Numbered from the stretch's first letter, positions 38,409 through 51,936 are shown. The stretch is DNA of 64,000 nt from Camelus ferus (GCF_009834535.1 NC_045696.1:16370001-16434000); one strand, 5' to 3'. Notes: generated from the letters alone by a model not told the origin. Made by a program: numbers and translations.

Positions 38409-39495
38409 GAATGATTGGTTTTGGTCTTTTTGGATATATATCCAGGAGTGGAATTGCTGGGTCATCTGGTAGTTGTATTTTTGGTTTTTTGAGAAACCTC
38501 CATGCTGTTTTCCACAGTGGCTGCACCAATTTACATCCCTGCCAACAGTACAAGGGTTCCCTTTTCTCTACATCCTCACCAGTGCTTGTTATTTGTAGAC
38601 TTTTTCATGATAGCCACTTTGACAGGGGTAAGGTGATATATCACTGTGGTTTTGATTTGTATTTCCCTGATAATTAGCAATGTTGAACATCTTTTCATGT
38701 GCCTATTGGCCATCTTCATTTCTTCTTTGGAAAAATGTATATTCAGTTCTGCCCATTTTTTAATTTGGGTTGTTTGGTTTTTTGCTGTTGAGTTGTTTGA
38801 GCTGTTTTTATGTATTGGATATTAATCCCTTATCAGTCATTTGATTTGCAAATATTTTCTCACATTCAGTAGGGTGTCTTTTTGGTTTTTTGATGGTTTC
38901 CTTTTTGTGCAAAATCTTTTAAGTTTAATTAGGTTCCATTCATTTGTTTTTCCTTTTATTCAGAAAGATAGATGTGCCCCAGTGTTCACAACAGCATAAT
39001 TTATAGTTATCAAGACATGGAAGCCACCTAAGTGTCTACCAACAGATGACTGGATAAAGGTATGTGTGTGTTTGTATACACACACATACGTGCACGCACT
39101 CACACAGTGGAATACTACTCAGCCATAAAAATGAAATTTTGCCATTTGTAGCAACATGGATGGACTTGGCATTCTGCTAAGTGAAATAAGACTGAGAAAG
39201 ACAAATACTATTTGATATATGTAGAATTTAAAAAAACACAACAGACTATGAATATAACAAAAAAGCAGACTCACAGATACAGAGAACAAACTAGTGGTTA
39301 TCAGTTGTGGGTGGGGGACAATGCAGAGGTGGAGGAGTGGGAGGTACAAAGTAAGAAAGGCTCGAGGATGTTAGTACAACATGGGGAATATAGCTAATAT
39401 TTTGTAATGACTGTAAATGGAAAGTAACCTTTAAAATTGTATAAAAATTTAAAAAAGTTTTAAAATATATATGTATTTTTAAAATTAAAAAAATA
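38409..39495. mobile_element. LINE-1 3' end with 5' inversion (antisense 38409-38957, sense 38958-39495)
   Basis: Minus ORF 38233-38553 contains an L1 ORF2 C-terminal motif ([22 protein letters not shown]...[11 protein letters not shown]); the sense part continues through the 3'UTR to an A-rich tail. Confidence 0.85.
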
Positions 39496-40229
39496 TGGTA
39501 TTACCAATATACTGCTTTTATAGAATTTGTGGATTTAAGTATGATAGGAATTATTTCTAAAACTCAAAGAAAAAAAAATTGCTGAGAGAGGGTACTTGAG
39601 GAAGGAAGTTCCTAGAAGACAGGTGAGATAAAAGTAGTGACAGTCATCAAATGTGTCATGAATAAACGGGAGGTTAAAAATGGAGTTTAGAGATAGGGAG
39701 GGTGTAGTGGTAGTGATAGAATTCAAATGTATTCATCGTGGTTAGCTTCAATCTTGACAAAAATAAGATGAAAGATTCGGGCATCTGTGGTGAAGGGATG
39801 AAATGGCCCACCGTGGCATTTAGACTGGGCGAGGGAAAAGGGAAGACAGAGAACATGACAGGCTGTGAGATTAGGGAGGGGTGGACGGGCCAGAGATTAC
39901 TGAGGTTGAAGGGGAGGTGTTCTAGGAGCTTCTCATCTCAAGCCGCTAACGTGCTAGCCCTGTAGCCACGGACGGTAAGAGGGAGTGTTTCCTGGGTTTT
40001 ACTGAACAATAGGTGGATGCCTTCCCCTGCACCAGTCAGTGGGGTGAAAAGTGGAACAAGTTCAGCTATTTTTACTAACGTAGCCTGCAATCAAACAAAA
40101 CCACCTGTGAGATGAAGGAAGTTCTTCGCAAAGCTGTATGGAAAAACAATCAGTTGTTCCAGATTTAGTTAGGTTAAACCTCCAACTGAAAATAAATTAA
40201 GTCTAGTTACGACAGCAACGATGATAATT

Positions 40230-40259
40230 AAAACAAAACAAAACAAAACAAAACAAAAC
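40230..40259. repeat. (AAAAC)6 microsatellite
   Basis: Directly visible. Confidence 0.95.
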
Positions 40260-40409
40260 CTGCTATTAAAGATTCGGGAGCCCTCACCCTTACACAACAC
40301 AACTTCACTGCACAAAAACAAAATAAAAATGCTCTTAAGAGTTATAATGGGATTCTACCAGTTGTCAGTGTGCAAGCCCCTCAAATAAAAGCAAAGAGAA
40401 ACACAAGTC

Positions 40410-42571
40410 CAGACCCAGGTGGATATACTTTTAATAATTGGAAAATGAGTGCTCAACACTATATCCTACATGTGGGAGAAAGCATTCTTTGCACAGTGAT
40501 TTATTTAGCTGTTTACAATATTCTAAGGTAACGTATGTGTGTTTGACATAAGAGACTAGACGTTGACACTGCATACAGTGAATCCTCTAGCTTATATGGC
40601 TTTTCTTCTGTTAGGAAAGCTAAGGCACCGCTTATTTTTTCCCCCACAATAGGGATCTGCATCATTTACGCTGAAGAAGTTGATCTCGTGTGCAGGTAGG
40701 GATGCCTGAAGAGGCATCTTGGAGCCTCACGTATCCCCTTGGTACTCGGCGATGCCAGAGGACGGCATTCCCCAAGCCAAAGCAAATCAAAGCATGGACA
40801 ACATTTAGCTTAATTTCTGACAGAAGGTGTTAGATGGGTGCTTTGTTTCATGCTCCACCATCAAGAGTTGGGAAACCACACGTGTGGGCCAGATCCTGGC
40901 TGTGCCTGCTGTTCTTGTAAATAACACAAACCCGACCATCTGCTTGTTGTCTGTGGCTGCTTTCATACCACAGTGACAGAGCTAAGGAGTCCAGGCAGCC
41001 GTAACAGGGACCGTAAGGCCTGTATGGCTTATAGTATCTACCGTCTGGCCCTTTACAGAAAATGCTGGAAGGGGTCTGCTGAAAAGCATTGAATGTCACG
41101 GGTAAGTGGGGCAGGGATGGAGGGTGGGGGCAGGCAATCTGACAACAGGCATCTTCCCAGTGACCTGCTGTCCTGGCATATGTTAGGCACCTGGTGAGGA
41201 CTTAATCCAGTTGTCCAGTGAATCCTGGGGATTTGCTTTGCCAATTGGGAAAAAAGCAGGGCTCCTTTCAAAGCAGCGTAACCGTGTTCAAAGTTGTCAA
41301 AGGTAGTGAGGGACCTTGTCTTCCAGATTTGCCTAGAATTGGAAATGCCCTAGCCATGCTTTGTTTTTAATATGAATTGAATAATCAGCATAAGTTATAG
41401 ATGATCATTCCTAACTGAACACAGCCTAACTGCTCTCCCTAGTACGTGGGTCACTGGAGTTTTCACGTTGTAACACTAGCTGGAGGTCTTTGTGACATAT
41501 CAGTTGAGAAGCCAGATGATCAGGCCCAGTTTTCACTTCATTTCTCCTGTGTCTTCTAAGTCTCAAGCAGGGCTCCAGGTTGGGGGAGCCACACCGAGCT
41601 GCTTCATCTCATTTTTCTTGTGCGACAGCCACTCCTCCCCTCTGTATCCCTGACTTGGCCGTAAGCAGGATCGGCAGACCACTAGCCAAAGAGCAAGGGA
41701 CTCAGGCCAACACAGAATTCACTGCGTGATTTTGAGAGACAGAGAGATGTGAAGTCACCATCACACAGGGACAGGTACCTGCAGGGTCCTGTGTGTTGGC
41801 TCCAGTGGTGAGTTCTGACGTCAAGGTCACTGTTGCTCTTCAAGGGGGCCTTAGGGGAAGGAAGTAATGACAGGAAGCTCTGGGGGTGAAATAAGACGCT
41901 TGGGTTTGTGTGTGACTCAAAACAATGTTTAATGAAGAAATCATTGACACACACTGGTGAGTGAGCTCTGGTCATTAGATGTTCTTCTTCATGTTGCTTT
42001 CAGTTCTCAGAAACTAAACCCAGAGTGCAAATCCTTGGGTGTAAGACCCAGTCCCGCCATCTCCCTTCTGTGGATATATTAGTGATAAAGGAGCAGTGGA
42101 GTCAGGATTATATTAGGGGAGAAAAGAGGATCCTGGTAGATATGAGACCAGAGGTTCCTTTTGGATCTGTCAGAATATTTTCTGAACCCTCTAAATCTCA
42201 CACAGAGGGTCATGCAGTTTATATTTTCAGGCTTTGGGGATTAATTTCACAACCAACATGATATATTTTAGTAACTTCCTCTAGGAGTTAGGATATTTAA
42301 CGTTTCACAAGTCCCGCAATATTACAAAGTATTTTGATTCTTTAAAACTTCGTCCAGACATAAGAAACCAGACTGTATTTTAGGTGCTGACAGAACTATT
42401 TGTGTAAAATAAAAATTTCAAGTGATTTAGCAGTCATAAAGATTATAATGAAATACCCATTTCATCTCCTCATGGATCTCTTTGCAAATGTAAGACAAAG
42501 CAGAGTTTTATAATCTTTTAATAACTTGGGCAACAGCTGTGGTTTTGGTGTATCTCAAAGGTGGGGTTCTT
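40410..42571 (-). other. JAM2: JAM2 3'UTR (distal end tentative)
   Basis: Candidate minus-strand poly(A) signals AATAAA at 40500-40505 and ATTAAA at ~40430, followed by GT-rich sequence; a proximal ATTAAA at ~42517. Confidence 0.4.
40862..41075. mobile_element. MER58A-like DNA transposon
   Basis: gggccagatcc...tgtaaataa...tggctgcttt...tctggccctttacagaaaa. Confidence 0.7.
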
Positions 42572-42604
42572 TTAAATTATAAAGGATTTTGTATGCTTGA
42601 AATC
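42572..42604 (-). CDS. JAM2: JAM2 last coding exon (PDZ-binding tail)
   Basis: DFKHTKSFII*; acceptor tttcctag. Confidence 0.95.
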   Translation of the reverse strand, partial: DFKHTKSFII

Positions 42605-44263
42605 CTAGGAAAAGAAAGAAAAACTGAGTTTAAATATCATGCATTAGTTCATCTTTAAAGAAGTATATGTCTTATGAGTATAAAACTACATCCACTCTGT
42701 GACTTTCACAGGTACAAACCAGTGTACACATAATTAAATCGTTTTTATAGGGGGATAAAATAACTAAATGCTAGAAGACGAATCTTTGAAACATTGCCTA
42801 AAGAGTAAAGAAGTAGGAGAGGGAATTAGAGCAGGAGAAATCTTGTTTGCTGGGGGTGATGCTGCTCACATCTAATGGATAGAGGTCAGGTGCTGCTAAG
42901 CATTCTATAATCGTCACAACAAAGAACTATATGAAATTATAAGAACTCATTATATAAGAATTGTAAGAAATTGTCATTTCTTATATAAATTTTACATGAG
43001 AACTATAAGAAAATGTCCTTAGTGCCAAGTTCGAGAAACCCTGCTCTTGGGCCGAACTAGCACTGGGACTAGCTCTCAGCTGATGACCAGGGCAACCGAG
43101 AGGAAGACAAGGAAAAAGAAAGAGGCTTTTGTTCTTCCAGCTCAGCCACAAAGTGTCTCTTCCTGTTTGATGGGATGAGGTTATTTTATTCCACACTCAA
43201 GGAGTATTTTCCACAAATTGTAGGAGCAAATGTGGAGTTACATACTGCTTAGCTGCTAATTAAAGAATAACATGCGTTCAGTACTGTAAACTATGAAATA
43301 AAGTGCCTTCCGTGATAGATTCTGGAGTCGACAATTTTAACAATTTTTGACAGAAAATCCTCTGTGGAGCAGTACATAGGTCTTACACGTTAGTGTCCAT
43401 TAGAGTCACTTCAGTGTTTAAAATATTGACGTCCACACCCCACCCCAAGCTCTACTGAAAGGAAAGCTAAGAGATCCCTATTGTAGAGGACCACGGAATT
43501 CGGGGAGCCAGCGCCCCATTTCTCAAGAAAGGACTTAGCTTCTAAAAACATAAAAACTCTCTCCCCCAAGTGTATCCCTGAAACATAGTCCAGAAGGCTG
43601 AATATCCATCCAAAGAGCTACAAAATCTGAGCAACAATGGTACTTAACTGCTTCCCTGTAGAGCTTACAAATGCAAAAGTTCAGGATGGTCTGGATGTCT
43701 AAATTACGGTCCCTTACCCATCCGAATTAGATCATCCTTGCATCTTTTCAAGGATTTCTGAAATGCTCCTTTCAACAAAGGCACAGGGTATTCCACTTCC
43801 CTAAAACATCTAAGTGCTCTGAATAACCACAGAAGAGTCCTGGAACCACAGATGTGCTGGAAGCGATCTGCTTGGTCAGCCTGACAAGAAATCAAGGTAC
43901 CTGGGTCCCAGCTCGGCCACTGTACTCCTGTGAGCACTTGTGTCTTAATCACCTCATCTATAAAGTGGAGCTGATAATGCCAGATCTAATGATACCAAGG
44001 AGGCTGACTAATAATAGAAAACACCATGAGAGATTATAATAGCGCAGTAAAGCGCCATTGTTCTACACGTGCTGGGCAGCTTTATCGTCCCTCCCAGACG
44101 GGGGCTGGAGGCTGACATTTATTTAGCTCCTTCTAAAGACCAGCGGTAACCACTAGTACAAAATATATTAAAAGTGAAAATTCATCACTTCCGTACAATT
44201 ACTTTTTTCCTGCCCAATTCCCTAAACACATTCGTTCTATAAATATGCTCAACAAATACTCAC

Positions 44264-44306
44264 ATTTTCGCTCATTGTCGTGGCTTTAGATGCAGAACTG
44301 CTCTTC
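44264..44306 (-). CDS. JAM2: JAM2 exon 9
   Basis: KSSSASKATTMSEN; taaacag / gtgagt; 43 nt. Confidence 0.94.
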
Positions 44307-44726
44307 CTGTTTATGGAACAGAAAAGACAATATTTACTACATTATCATGGCCAATTCTGAAACACATACCCGCTTTTGGTTAACGCTACTTCCATCTATT
44401 TTCTCAACAGGAGGATGAACATTTGTCTTAGCCAGGTACAACCCCCCTCCCCGCCCAGCAAGCCTAACTGAATTTCTTCTATTTATAGACAATATTCACA
44501 GAGAAAACCATGCAACAAAATATCAGTATGTGTGAACCCTGTGTCTATTTATAGCCTAGGGCTTGATACTAACAACTTTTGTGGAGTATGCAAACCAGAA
44601 ACTTTACTTTTAGCTCATCAACTCATTAACGTTTATCATTTTGAAATCGTTATCATTATAATCTCAAATTTCATTTTTATTTCTATGGAAAGAAAGTTTT
44701 ACAGGGTGACTATGGTTCTAGCTATC

Positions 44727-45107
44727 TGTTAATGGGCTGAACTGTGCCCGCACCAAATAGTCATCTGTTCAAGTCCCAACCCACCCCCTCCTCCAGTACC
44801 TCAGAATGTGACCGAATTAGCAGACAGGGTCTTTAAAGAGATAATTAAATTAAAATGAAGTAATTAGGGTGGGCCTTAATCCAACATGACTGGTGTCCTT
44901 ATGAGAAGAGGAGATACAAACAGGAGAGGGAAGGCCATGTGAAGACGGAGAAGGCCAACTTTAAAAGACACCCTCAGAAGTAACCGATTCTGCTGCTATC
45001 TTGATCCTGGACTTCTAGTCTCCAGAACAGAACAAGGAGAAATAAATTTCTGTTGTTTAAACCACCAGTCTGTGGCACTTTTAAGGCAACCCTAACAAAC
45101 TAATGCA
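44727..45107 (+). mobile_element. MLT1-type solo LTR
   Basis: tgttaatgggctgaactgtg...tacctcagaatgtgacc...tggacttctagtctccagaac...aataaatttctgttgtttaa...aaactaatgca. Confidence 0.75.
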
Positions 45108-45457
45108 ACATCCAATTCATTATCCAACAGGTTTTGAGGGGCATGGATTTGACAAATGGGAGGTGTGTCTAGGCATACAGATTCTACCTCCAGATTATTG
45201 TCTGGGTTAGAGATACTCTGCTCAAGGGTCTCCAGTGACTTCCCACCTCACTCAGAACCAAAGCCGAACTCCTGACAACTGCCTGGAAGAGGCTCCATGT
45301 AACCTGGCCCCCCTACACTGCTTGTGCACATTTATCTCCGCTTTGCCTTGTCCTCACTCTGTTCCAACCACACGGCCCCCTTGGTGTTCCTGCCTCAAGA
45401 CCTTTCTCAAAGTCCCCTCATCTGCGAGACCCTCCCTAACCACTCTATTTAAAAAAC

Positions 45458-45966
45458 TTTTTTTTTTCTGGTAAAATGTGTCAATTTTATTAAAATCTAT
45501 TCTATTTTAATCTGCACATTTGATTATAGCGGTCAGCTAACTATGTACAAAGATGATATAGTCCCTATGCTAATATACTCGGTTTGCTAATGCTGTGCTT
45601 AGAATTTTGCATTTATGCTAGCGACTAAGACTGAAACACATGTTCTCTTCTTACATAAGCCATATCTGTTTTTTTTCCTTTTAATTCTTATTTTTTATTC
45701 AAGTGCAGTCGATTCACAATGTTATTTTCACGTGTACAGCAACGATCCAGTTATAAAGATATATAAATATTTTTTCAGATTCTTTTCCATTATAGCTCAT
45801 TACAAGAAATTGAACATAGTTCCCTGTGCTACACAGTAGGTCTCTTGTTTATCTGTTCTACATACAGTAATGTGTATCTATTAATCCCAAGCTCCTAATC
45901 CATCCCTACCCCCTCTGCCCGGCTGGTAACAACAGATTGTTTTCTATGTCCGTTAGTCTATTTCTG
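45458..45966 (-). mobile_element. 5'-truncated L1 (45669-45966) plus ~200-bp non-L1 tail with its own AATAAA and poly(A), inside one TSD pair
   Basis: L1 3'UTR antisense (gattcacaatgtt...atagttccctgtgctacacagtagg...ggtaac); TSD 45435-45454 / 45967-45986 at 18/20 identity. Confidence 0.75.
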
Positions 45967-45989
45967 CCTAACTACCCTATTTAAAAGGA

Positions 45990-46212
45990 CAGTCTCCACT
46001 CCTCCCAGTGCATTCTCTATTCTCTTACCTGCTTTTCTCCATAGTACTTATCACAATCTGACATCCTGTAGAGTTCACGTATGTGTTAGCTTTCTGCCTC
46101 TCGCTAGTAGATTGTAAGCTCCATGAGGCAGAGGGCTTTCTCTGGCCTATTTTATTCACTGCAGTGTTGTCAGTCCCTGGGACAGTGTTGGGCACATAAT
46201 TGGTATTCAATT
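45990..46212. mobile_element. L2 3'-end fragment (host of the L1 insertion; its other part lies at ~45215-45454)
   Basis: ctttttctccatagtacttatcac-like, tgtaagctccatgaggcag...cagtgttgggcacata. Confidence 0.65.
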
Positions 46213-46526
46213 AAATGTAAAAATGACTGTTAGGGAAAATTTTATTTGAACATTTTAAATTTAGCAAAATACAGAAAAAAACATTTTTAAGTAGTACTAC
46301 AGAAATGCCTACGAAGTCAAAGGAGCGACTGTATTTATTCTGTAGGTAATTAAACATAAATAACAAGTAGGCATGAGGTAGGATGTGTTTCCTGATGAAT
46401 CTGAATCACTTCCCATAGAATTAAACCCATACAAATAACTCAACTTCTCACTTTTGACTTAAAATGGATGATTAACAAAAAAGTAGTTGATATGGGAGAA
46501 AGCATGCATTAAGAAAGTATACTTAC

Positions 46527-46542
46527 TGGAAGGAAGTTTCTT
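46527..46542 (-). CDS. JAM2: JAM2 exon 8 (16-nt micro-exon)
   Basis: ttttgcag|AAGAAACTTCCTTCCA|gtaagt = (K)ETSF(Q); required to keep frame between exons 7 and 9. Confidence 0.93.
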
Positions 46543-46673
46543 CTGCAAAAGAATAAGTATATATCATTAATACAAGAATTTACATAGTATACAGATTCAT
46601 AAAAAGTGAGTTTTGCCGTAATTTATTTTTCTCAATTTTGATTTTTACTTGCTGACATTTATACCTTCTAAAT

Positions 46674-47022
46674 CAAGGGTTGGCAAACTTTTTCTGTAAG
46701 GGACCACAAAGCAAATGTTTTAGGCTTTGCAGGCAGAGGTAAAAATTGAGGATATTAAGTAGATACCTATATAACAAAGAGAAAACAAATTTCCCAAAGA
46801 TTTTATCAATGGATTCAAAATACAATAATAGTAATCAAAGTCTTACAACACATGTCTAGTAATTCAAAGAATGGAGTTCTTTTGGGAGAGGGGATAACAT
46901 TTCTCTTAATTGGGGTTCAAAGTTAGTGTTCTCTATTATCAAACAGATTGCAGTGTTCATCTGTAAACACCATTCTTAGCTCGTGAGCCATAGAAAATCA
47001 GCTGGCAGACGGTTTTCTGCTA
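46674..47022. mobile_element. MER58-family DNA transposon
   Basis: cagggttggcaaactttttctgtaaggg-like terminus, ccattcttagctcgtgagcc. Confidence 0.6.
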
Positions 47023-48208
47023 GATGTAAATGGGAGTAACATTTTTAGCTAATGAACTACTAATTTTCACATCAAATCTTTAATTGATTGAGGATTTTAA
47101 GAAAAATTTACCAAGTCTTCAGTAAAAATACTCAGATATTCTTTGCAAGTAGAGACAAAGACACCAGTGTACTTTCACTGGTGACCAGCAGGGGGACCCG
47201 GCCAGATTACATTACTCGGGACTAGACCAGCGCACCATATAAAAAAACAGCTACTGTTAATTCACAGAGCAGTTATTTTTAATTATAGAGAAATACCCCT
47301 GAAGCCATGTTCATGGAAACTTTTTTATAATACTTAATGCCTACTTATAGATATTATTAGAAACCCCTCTTAAATTTAAGTTTTATTTTGGTATAAAATA
47401 TTTCTTAAACCTAAATTCCAAAATTAATGTTCACTTATAAAACAGTGGGTCTAAAACTGGTCCATGCTATCAACTTATTATTTCATTAAAAAATTCTACT
47501 TTATTCACGATTCCTAATGGACCTGATGGAGTTCTGCACCTTTTAAGGTCTCAGGTAAATTTAAAGACGGGGAGTAAAGAAATGCATTAAGAGACTAAAA
47601 CATTATTTTAAAATCTCACGCATTTACATCAAACCTGTTGTATCCCCAAATGGGAGTTACAAGACAGCTAAGCTTGAAGAATTAAAAACCTCAGAAGCAA
47701 CTGTAATACAATTGGTTTCTAGTTTTTATTGAACAATTCTCTTCTAAATACATTTGTGCTAAATTTGACATTCAACACTCCACTGTTCTGCACTGATGAA
47801 ACATTTCACAGATTTATTTCAATGAAATTTCTTATCATAAAACTAGAAATTAATTTACATCTTGAGATGTACAATTCGTAACTTAAACTAAAAGGATCTT
47901 AAATATGTGTACATATACTATAAATAACCAACCACGTTGAGCATCTCTCAGTATCGCTGCACCAGGGCGCCTCTCACGGATGCCGTGGTGTTTCCCGGAA
48001 TGCTGAGATGAGACAGCGCTGCCTTTCCTCCCTGTCTGCCAAGGTGCTTCATGACTCACCTGTGTGTCATCTGGAACATTTTCTACCGCAGAAAAATCAG
48101 TGAAAAATACTCTCCAGAGTTTGTGAGAACTTCTTAGGGGAAACAGTGTCTCATAAGAAAACTCTATATCCACAGGAAGCTGTCTAGCAAAGAGTGAAAT
48201 TCACTTAC

Positions 48209-48316
48209 TTGAAAAGTAGCCTTTCCTCTGAGCATAGCACACGCCGAGGCCACAGACAGAAATCACTAAGGCCCCAACCACTACGGCTGCTATGATGCCA
48301 CTTATGTTGAGATCAT
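48209..48316 (-). CDS. JAM2: JAM2 exon 7 (transmembrane)
   Basis: (D)DLNISGIIAAVVVGALVISVCGLGVCYAQRKGYFS; attccag / gtaagt; 108 nt. Confidence 0.96.
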
Positions 48317-51300
48317 CTGGAATGCAGAATAAACCATGTGTGAATTCGTGTCACAGAGATGGACAGATGGAGTCATTAAACTGAAAAAGCTCTGACAAGC
48401 TCCCTTTCGGAGCTATACCATAAATGTGGATAGTTTCATGCTTTTGAAGCCTGTTAAACTCACTCATTCCCAGGACGTGGTACAAAATTGATTAAAAATT
48501 TAACAATTTTTGCAAGAATCTTAAATTTTAAAAAGTTCTATGATCCAGAAGAAAAAAAAATGTATGGCATTCTCTTGCATTCATGTGGAGATGTAATCCT
48601 ATACGATTAAATATCAGGTTGGAAGTGAGCTTTGAAGTTCAGTGAGTTCAAGAATTCTACTGCCTCACTCCCCTCAAATTTTTCTTAAAATTCCTCTACA
48701 TCATCATCTGTGTCAATTTCCCAAATACGGAAAACTCATTCAGCCCCAAAGAAAGCCCGCGCCACTGCTGTTCTATAAAACTACATGTCAGAAACATCTT
48801 TCTTGAATTTATGTGGGGGTGTGCGTGTGTCCACACATGAACACATACACACCCACATACATATATGCTGTTAAACTGTTATCCCATTAAGTTAAAAATT
48901 ACTTAAACTCCCCAAGGCTTTTTCCTGTTGCTACTAAGTCAGCTTTCCTCTAACCGACCATAACTGTACTTTTTTGGACCTAAGTTTGAAATCACTACCA
49001 CATTATCAACTTGTGAGGTTTTTCCAGTTACTGATTCAGTTGCCCAAGAATGAGATGATTAACCTTCTGAGGTTAACATTTCTGCAGCTGGGAAATGCAT
49101 CAGAAATACTCTCATTCAAGTCATTAATAAAATGATAAACATGACTTTGAGGAAGAACTATTTAACAGGCTATTAGACATCTCTCTTCATATAACAAAAT
49201 TTACTAGCATACTCTGGGTGAGGGATCCAACTACGTGTGAATCCATCTAGACATTTAATTTGGGTCCCATTTTTCCATCTTGTCCATAAGGATTTCATAT
49301 AAGCCACACTCTTCCATCATTTAAACACTTCTTATTTATTAATATGCAAATAGCCTACACTTTTTAAAGGAACAAAAGGGTTCTTTTTTAAAAAGCAAGT
49401 ATTTATTAACATAAAATTAAATAAGTTGGAGAAAATATTAGATAGCATTTTCTCAATAGTAATTTTAGATATTTTAAAGCAGTGTACATTTGGGGAAAGA
49501 TTTTTTAAGAAATATTACTTAAGTGAGTCTGCTTATCATAAAACTTTCTGGTCTTAAATTTTTTCCAAATGCCAAATGCTACTAATTTTTTCAGCTACCT
49601 CTCAAATATTAACTGATTTTTTTTTTTTAAAAAAGGGATAAATCCTTTGAAAGTCTGAGTAATTTGACTAGAATAAAAGACATTAATTATTATTGCTTGG
49701 TATAAACTCAGTTCATATTTGCTTGGGTATTGGGAGGTTGAGATTCAGCTATTTATTCACTTGGATAAAAAAGTAACAGAGAGGGGGAAAAATCCACAGT
49801 AGTCATAGTCTAAGGCAAAATGAAATTAATAACTGAATAAAACTCCTGAGAACCAAACTGTGTGCCTACTGTTTTCTTTGTAATAGTCAATGAATTTGAC
49901 ATCTATGCAGGTTTCAAGCTAAAGGCAAATTCTAACCAAAAAAGCTCTTACCCTGTCAGTACTAAGTCGTGGTATAAATGTTATTTTACTTTTTTCAATA
50001 GAAGATGGAAGACTTCTAAGCTAGAGGTAAACCGTGTTCATCCCATTTACCCGTTTACTTTGAGTTTTTGAGCAAGTCATACGCCCACCTTATGCCTCAT
50101 AAAGAGAAAATTTAATAACAAATACGAAAATACTGTTCTTTCTTAAAAATCACGATAAAAGGAAGGTATCATTATTCTAATTGAAAGGAAAGGAACCAAA
50201 TGCTAAAATGCTGCGTGTGAGTAGAATCTTCTGGAGTTGTATAATGAAGCGGCTCGGGAACAATCAGCAAATCCATGATTTTATCTCTTCCTACATTTCA
50301 AAAAGGATTTAGTTAGAATGGTTAACAGATCTGGTTTTGGTTACAAGTTATTGGTGATAATTCAGAAAACTGGAAATGCGACCTCATGAATTATGTATTT
50401 CCAAAGATGTGAATTCCAAACCAAGTGTGTGAACACCTAGGATCAATGGATGAGCTTTAAACAAAGTAATTTTGACTCTGAAGCCAATTATACCAGAAAG
50501 GGTAGATATGTGGAAATCATGTTCAAATTAAAATGACACTATTAGTGAAACACAGGCTTCTAAATTTTGTCATGTATTTGTTTACTGCATGCTACGAAAA
50601 TGTAACTAGTATGTCAAAACCATGACTTCACAAATAATATTTCTTAAGATGAGGCTAAATCAGGCATTGAAATTAAACACAATCATTTAAAGAAAAACTA
50701 AAAAGTAATATGAATTTTTCTATTAACTCCAAAGCAGCATTGAGAGATTTTTTTCTGATAATTTAAGCAAATGCTTATGTTTGACTATAAATGTCAGCAC
50801 TTGAATGAGTCTGGTTAATGGTAGGTATCCCTGAATTTTAAGAAGACCTGAAATTCAAACTTACTTGTGGAAATGAGAGTATACGATTGAATATCTTTTA
50901 CTTTAGGAGATCCTGAAGTCTAACAGGATTATGTTTTCTTTAAAAAAATTATGCTGAGAATTTAACTGTGCACAGACAATACAAACTATGCCCACATATC
51001 AAAACGCATTGGGAAAAAACGAATTTCTGACTCCACCAAGCTGAGGACAGGCTCCTGAACTGAGGGGCGCCCTCAGTCTTCTGCTTCAGGACACAGCCTC
51101 CCTGAGTGATCTTTCACCCCTCGGTGCCACCTCCAGCTCACCCCTCTCTATTACACAATCGTTTTCAAAACACACAGCTTTCATACAAGAGAGAATTCAA
51201 CCAAATTACTAAAAATAAAATGAGAAAAGTTTGCTCTGAAACTCATCTAATCGGAAGAGATTCTTGGGCCCAAATTTTATTGGACATTAAGAAGCTTGTT

Positions 51301-51936
51301 TTGTGAAATATAATATATGGCAGCTATGTTTTATAGCAAACTAGATCCATAACCATATTTAACATGTCTTTTTGGGGTGATTACTCTTAGATAAGTACAA
51401 GCGTAGTATTTCAGGGGGTTGAGAAAATTAACAGTTAAAACAGCCAATACTTAGAGCTCACAATATGCCAATGCCATTCTCCTAACACTTTTGAATATTA
51501 ATTATTTGAATCTCCATACCAACTCTATGAGGATGGTATATTACTATGTAATTAACTTGCCCAAGAGCATATAGTGAAAAAGCAGAACTGGGATTTGAAC
51601 CCCTGCTCCAAATCCTTGACCCCGGGCAATTTACAAGACTCTTAGTTTTTGTTTGAAGGAGGATTTCTCAGATGAGCATATTTTAAAAATAATACTTGAA
51701 AAATTTTAAAAATCTGTAAAATATAATGATAAGTATCCTTGGCTTGTTTGGAAGCTGGATTGAAACAGCATCTTTGCTCTTGGTAACACGTTATGTCAAG
51801 CTGATTTTAAACATTTATCCTGTTCATCCTTCAAATCACTCAGTCCTTACCTATCCCTTGCTCCTTCCACCCTCGAATATGGTATTTGCATGTTCTAACT
51901 GCAAACCATTCGTCCCTCCCACTATTTCGTGCTTAC

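Noticed and set aside
38233..38677. 106-aa and 92-aa ORFs as novel genes
   Set aside because: L1 ORF2 C-terminal remnant and its antisense reading.
47183..47198. CTCF-like motif ccagcagggggac
   Set aside because: Misses the conserved C after the G-run; a motif alone is insufficient.
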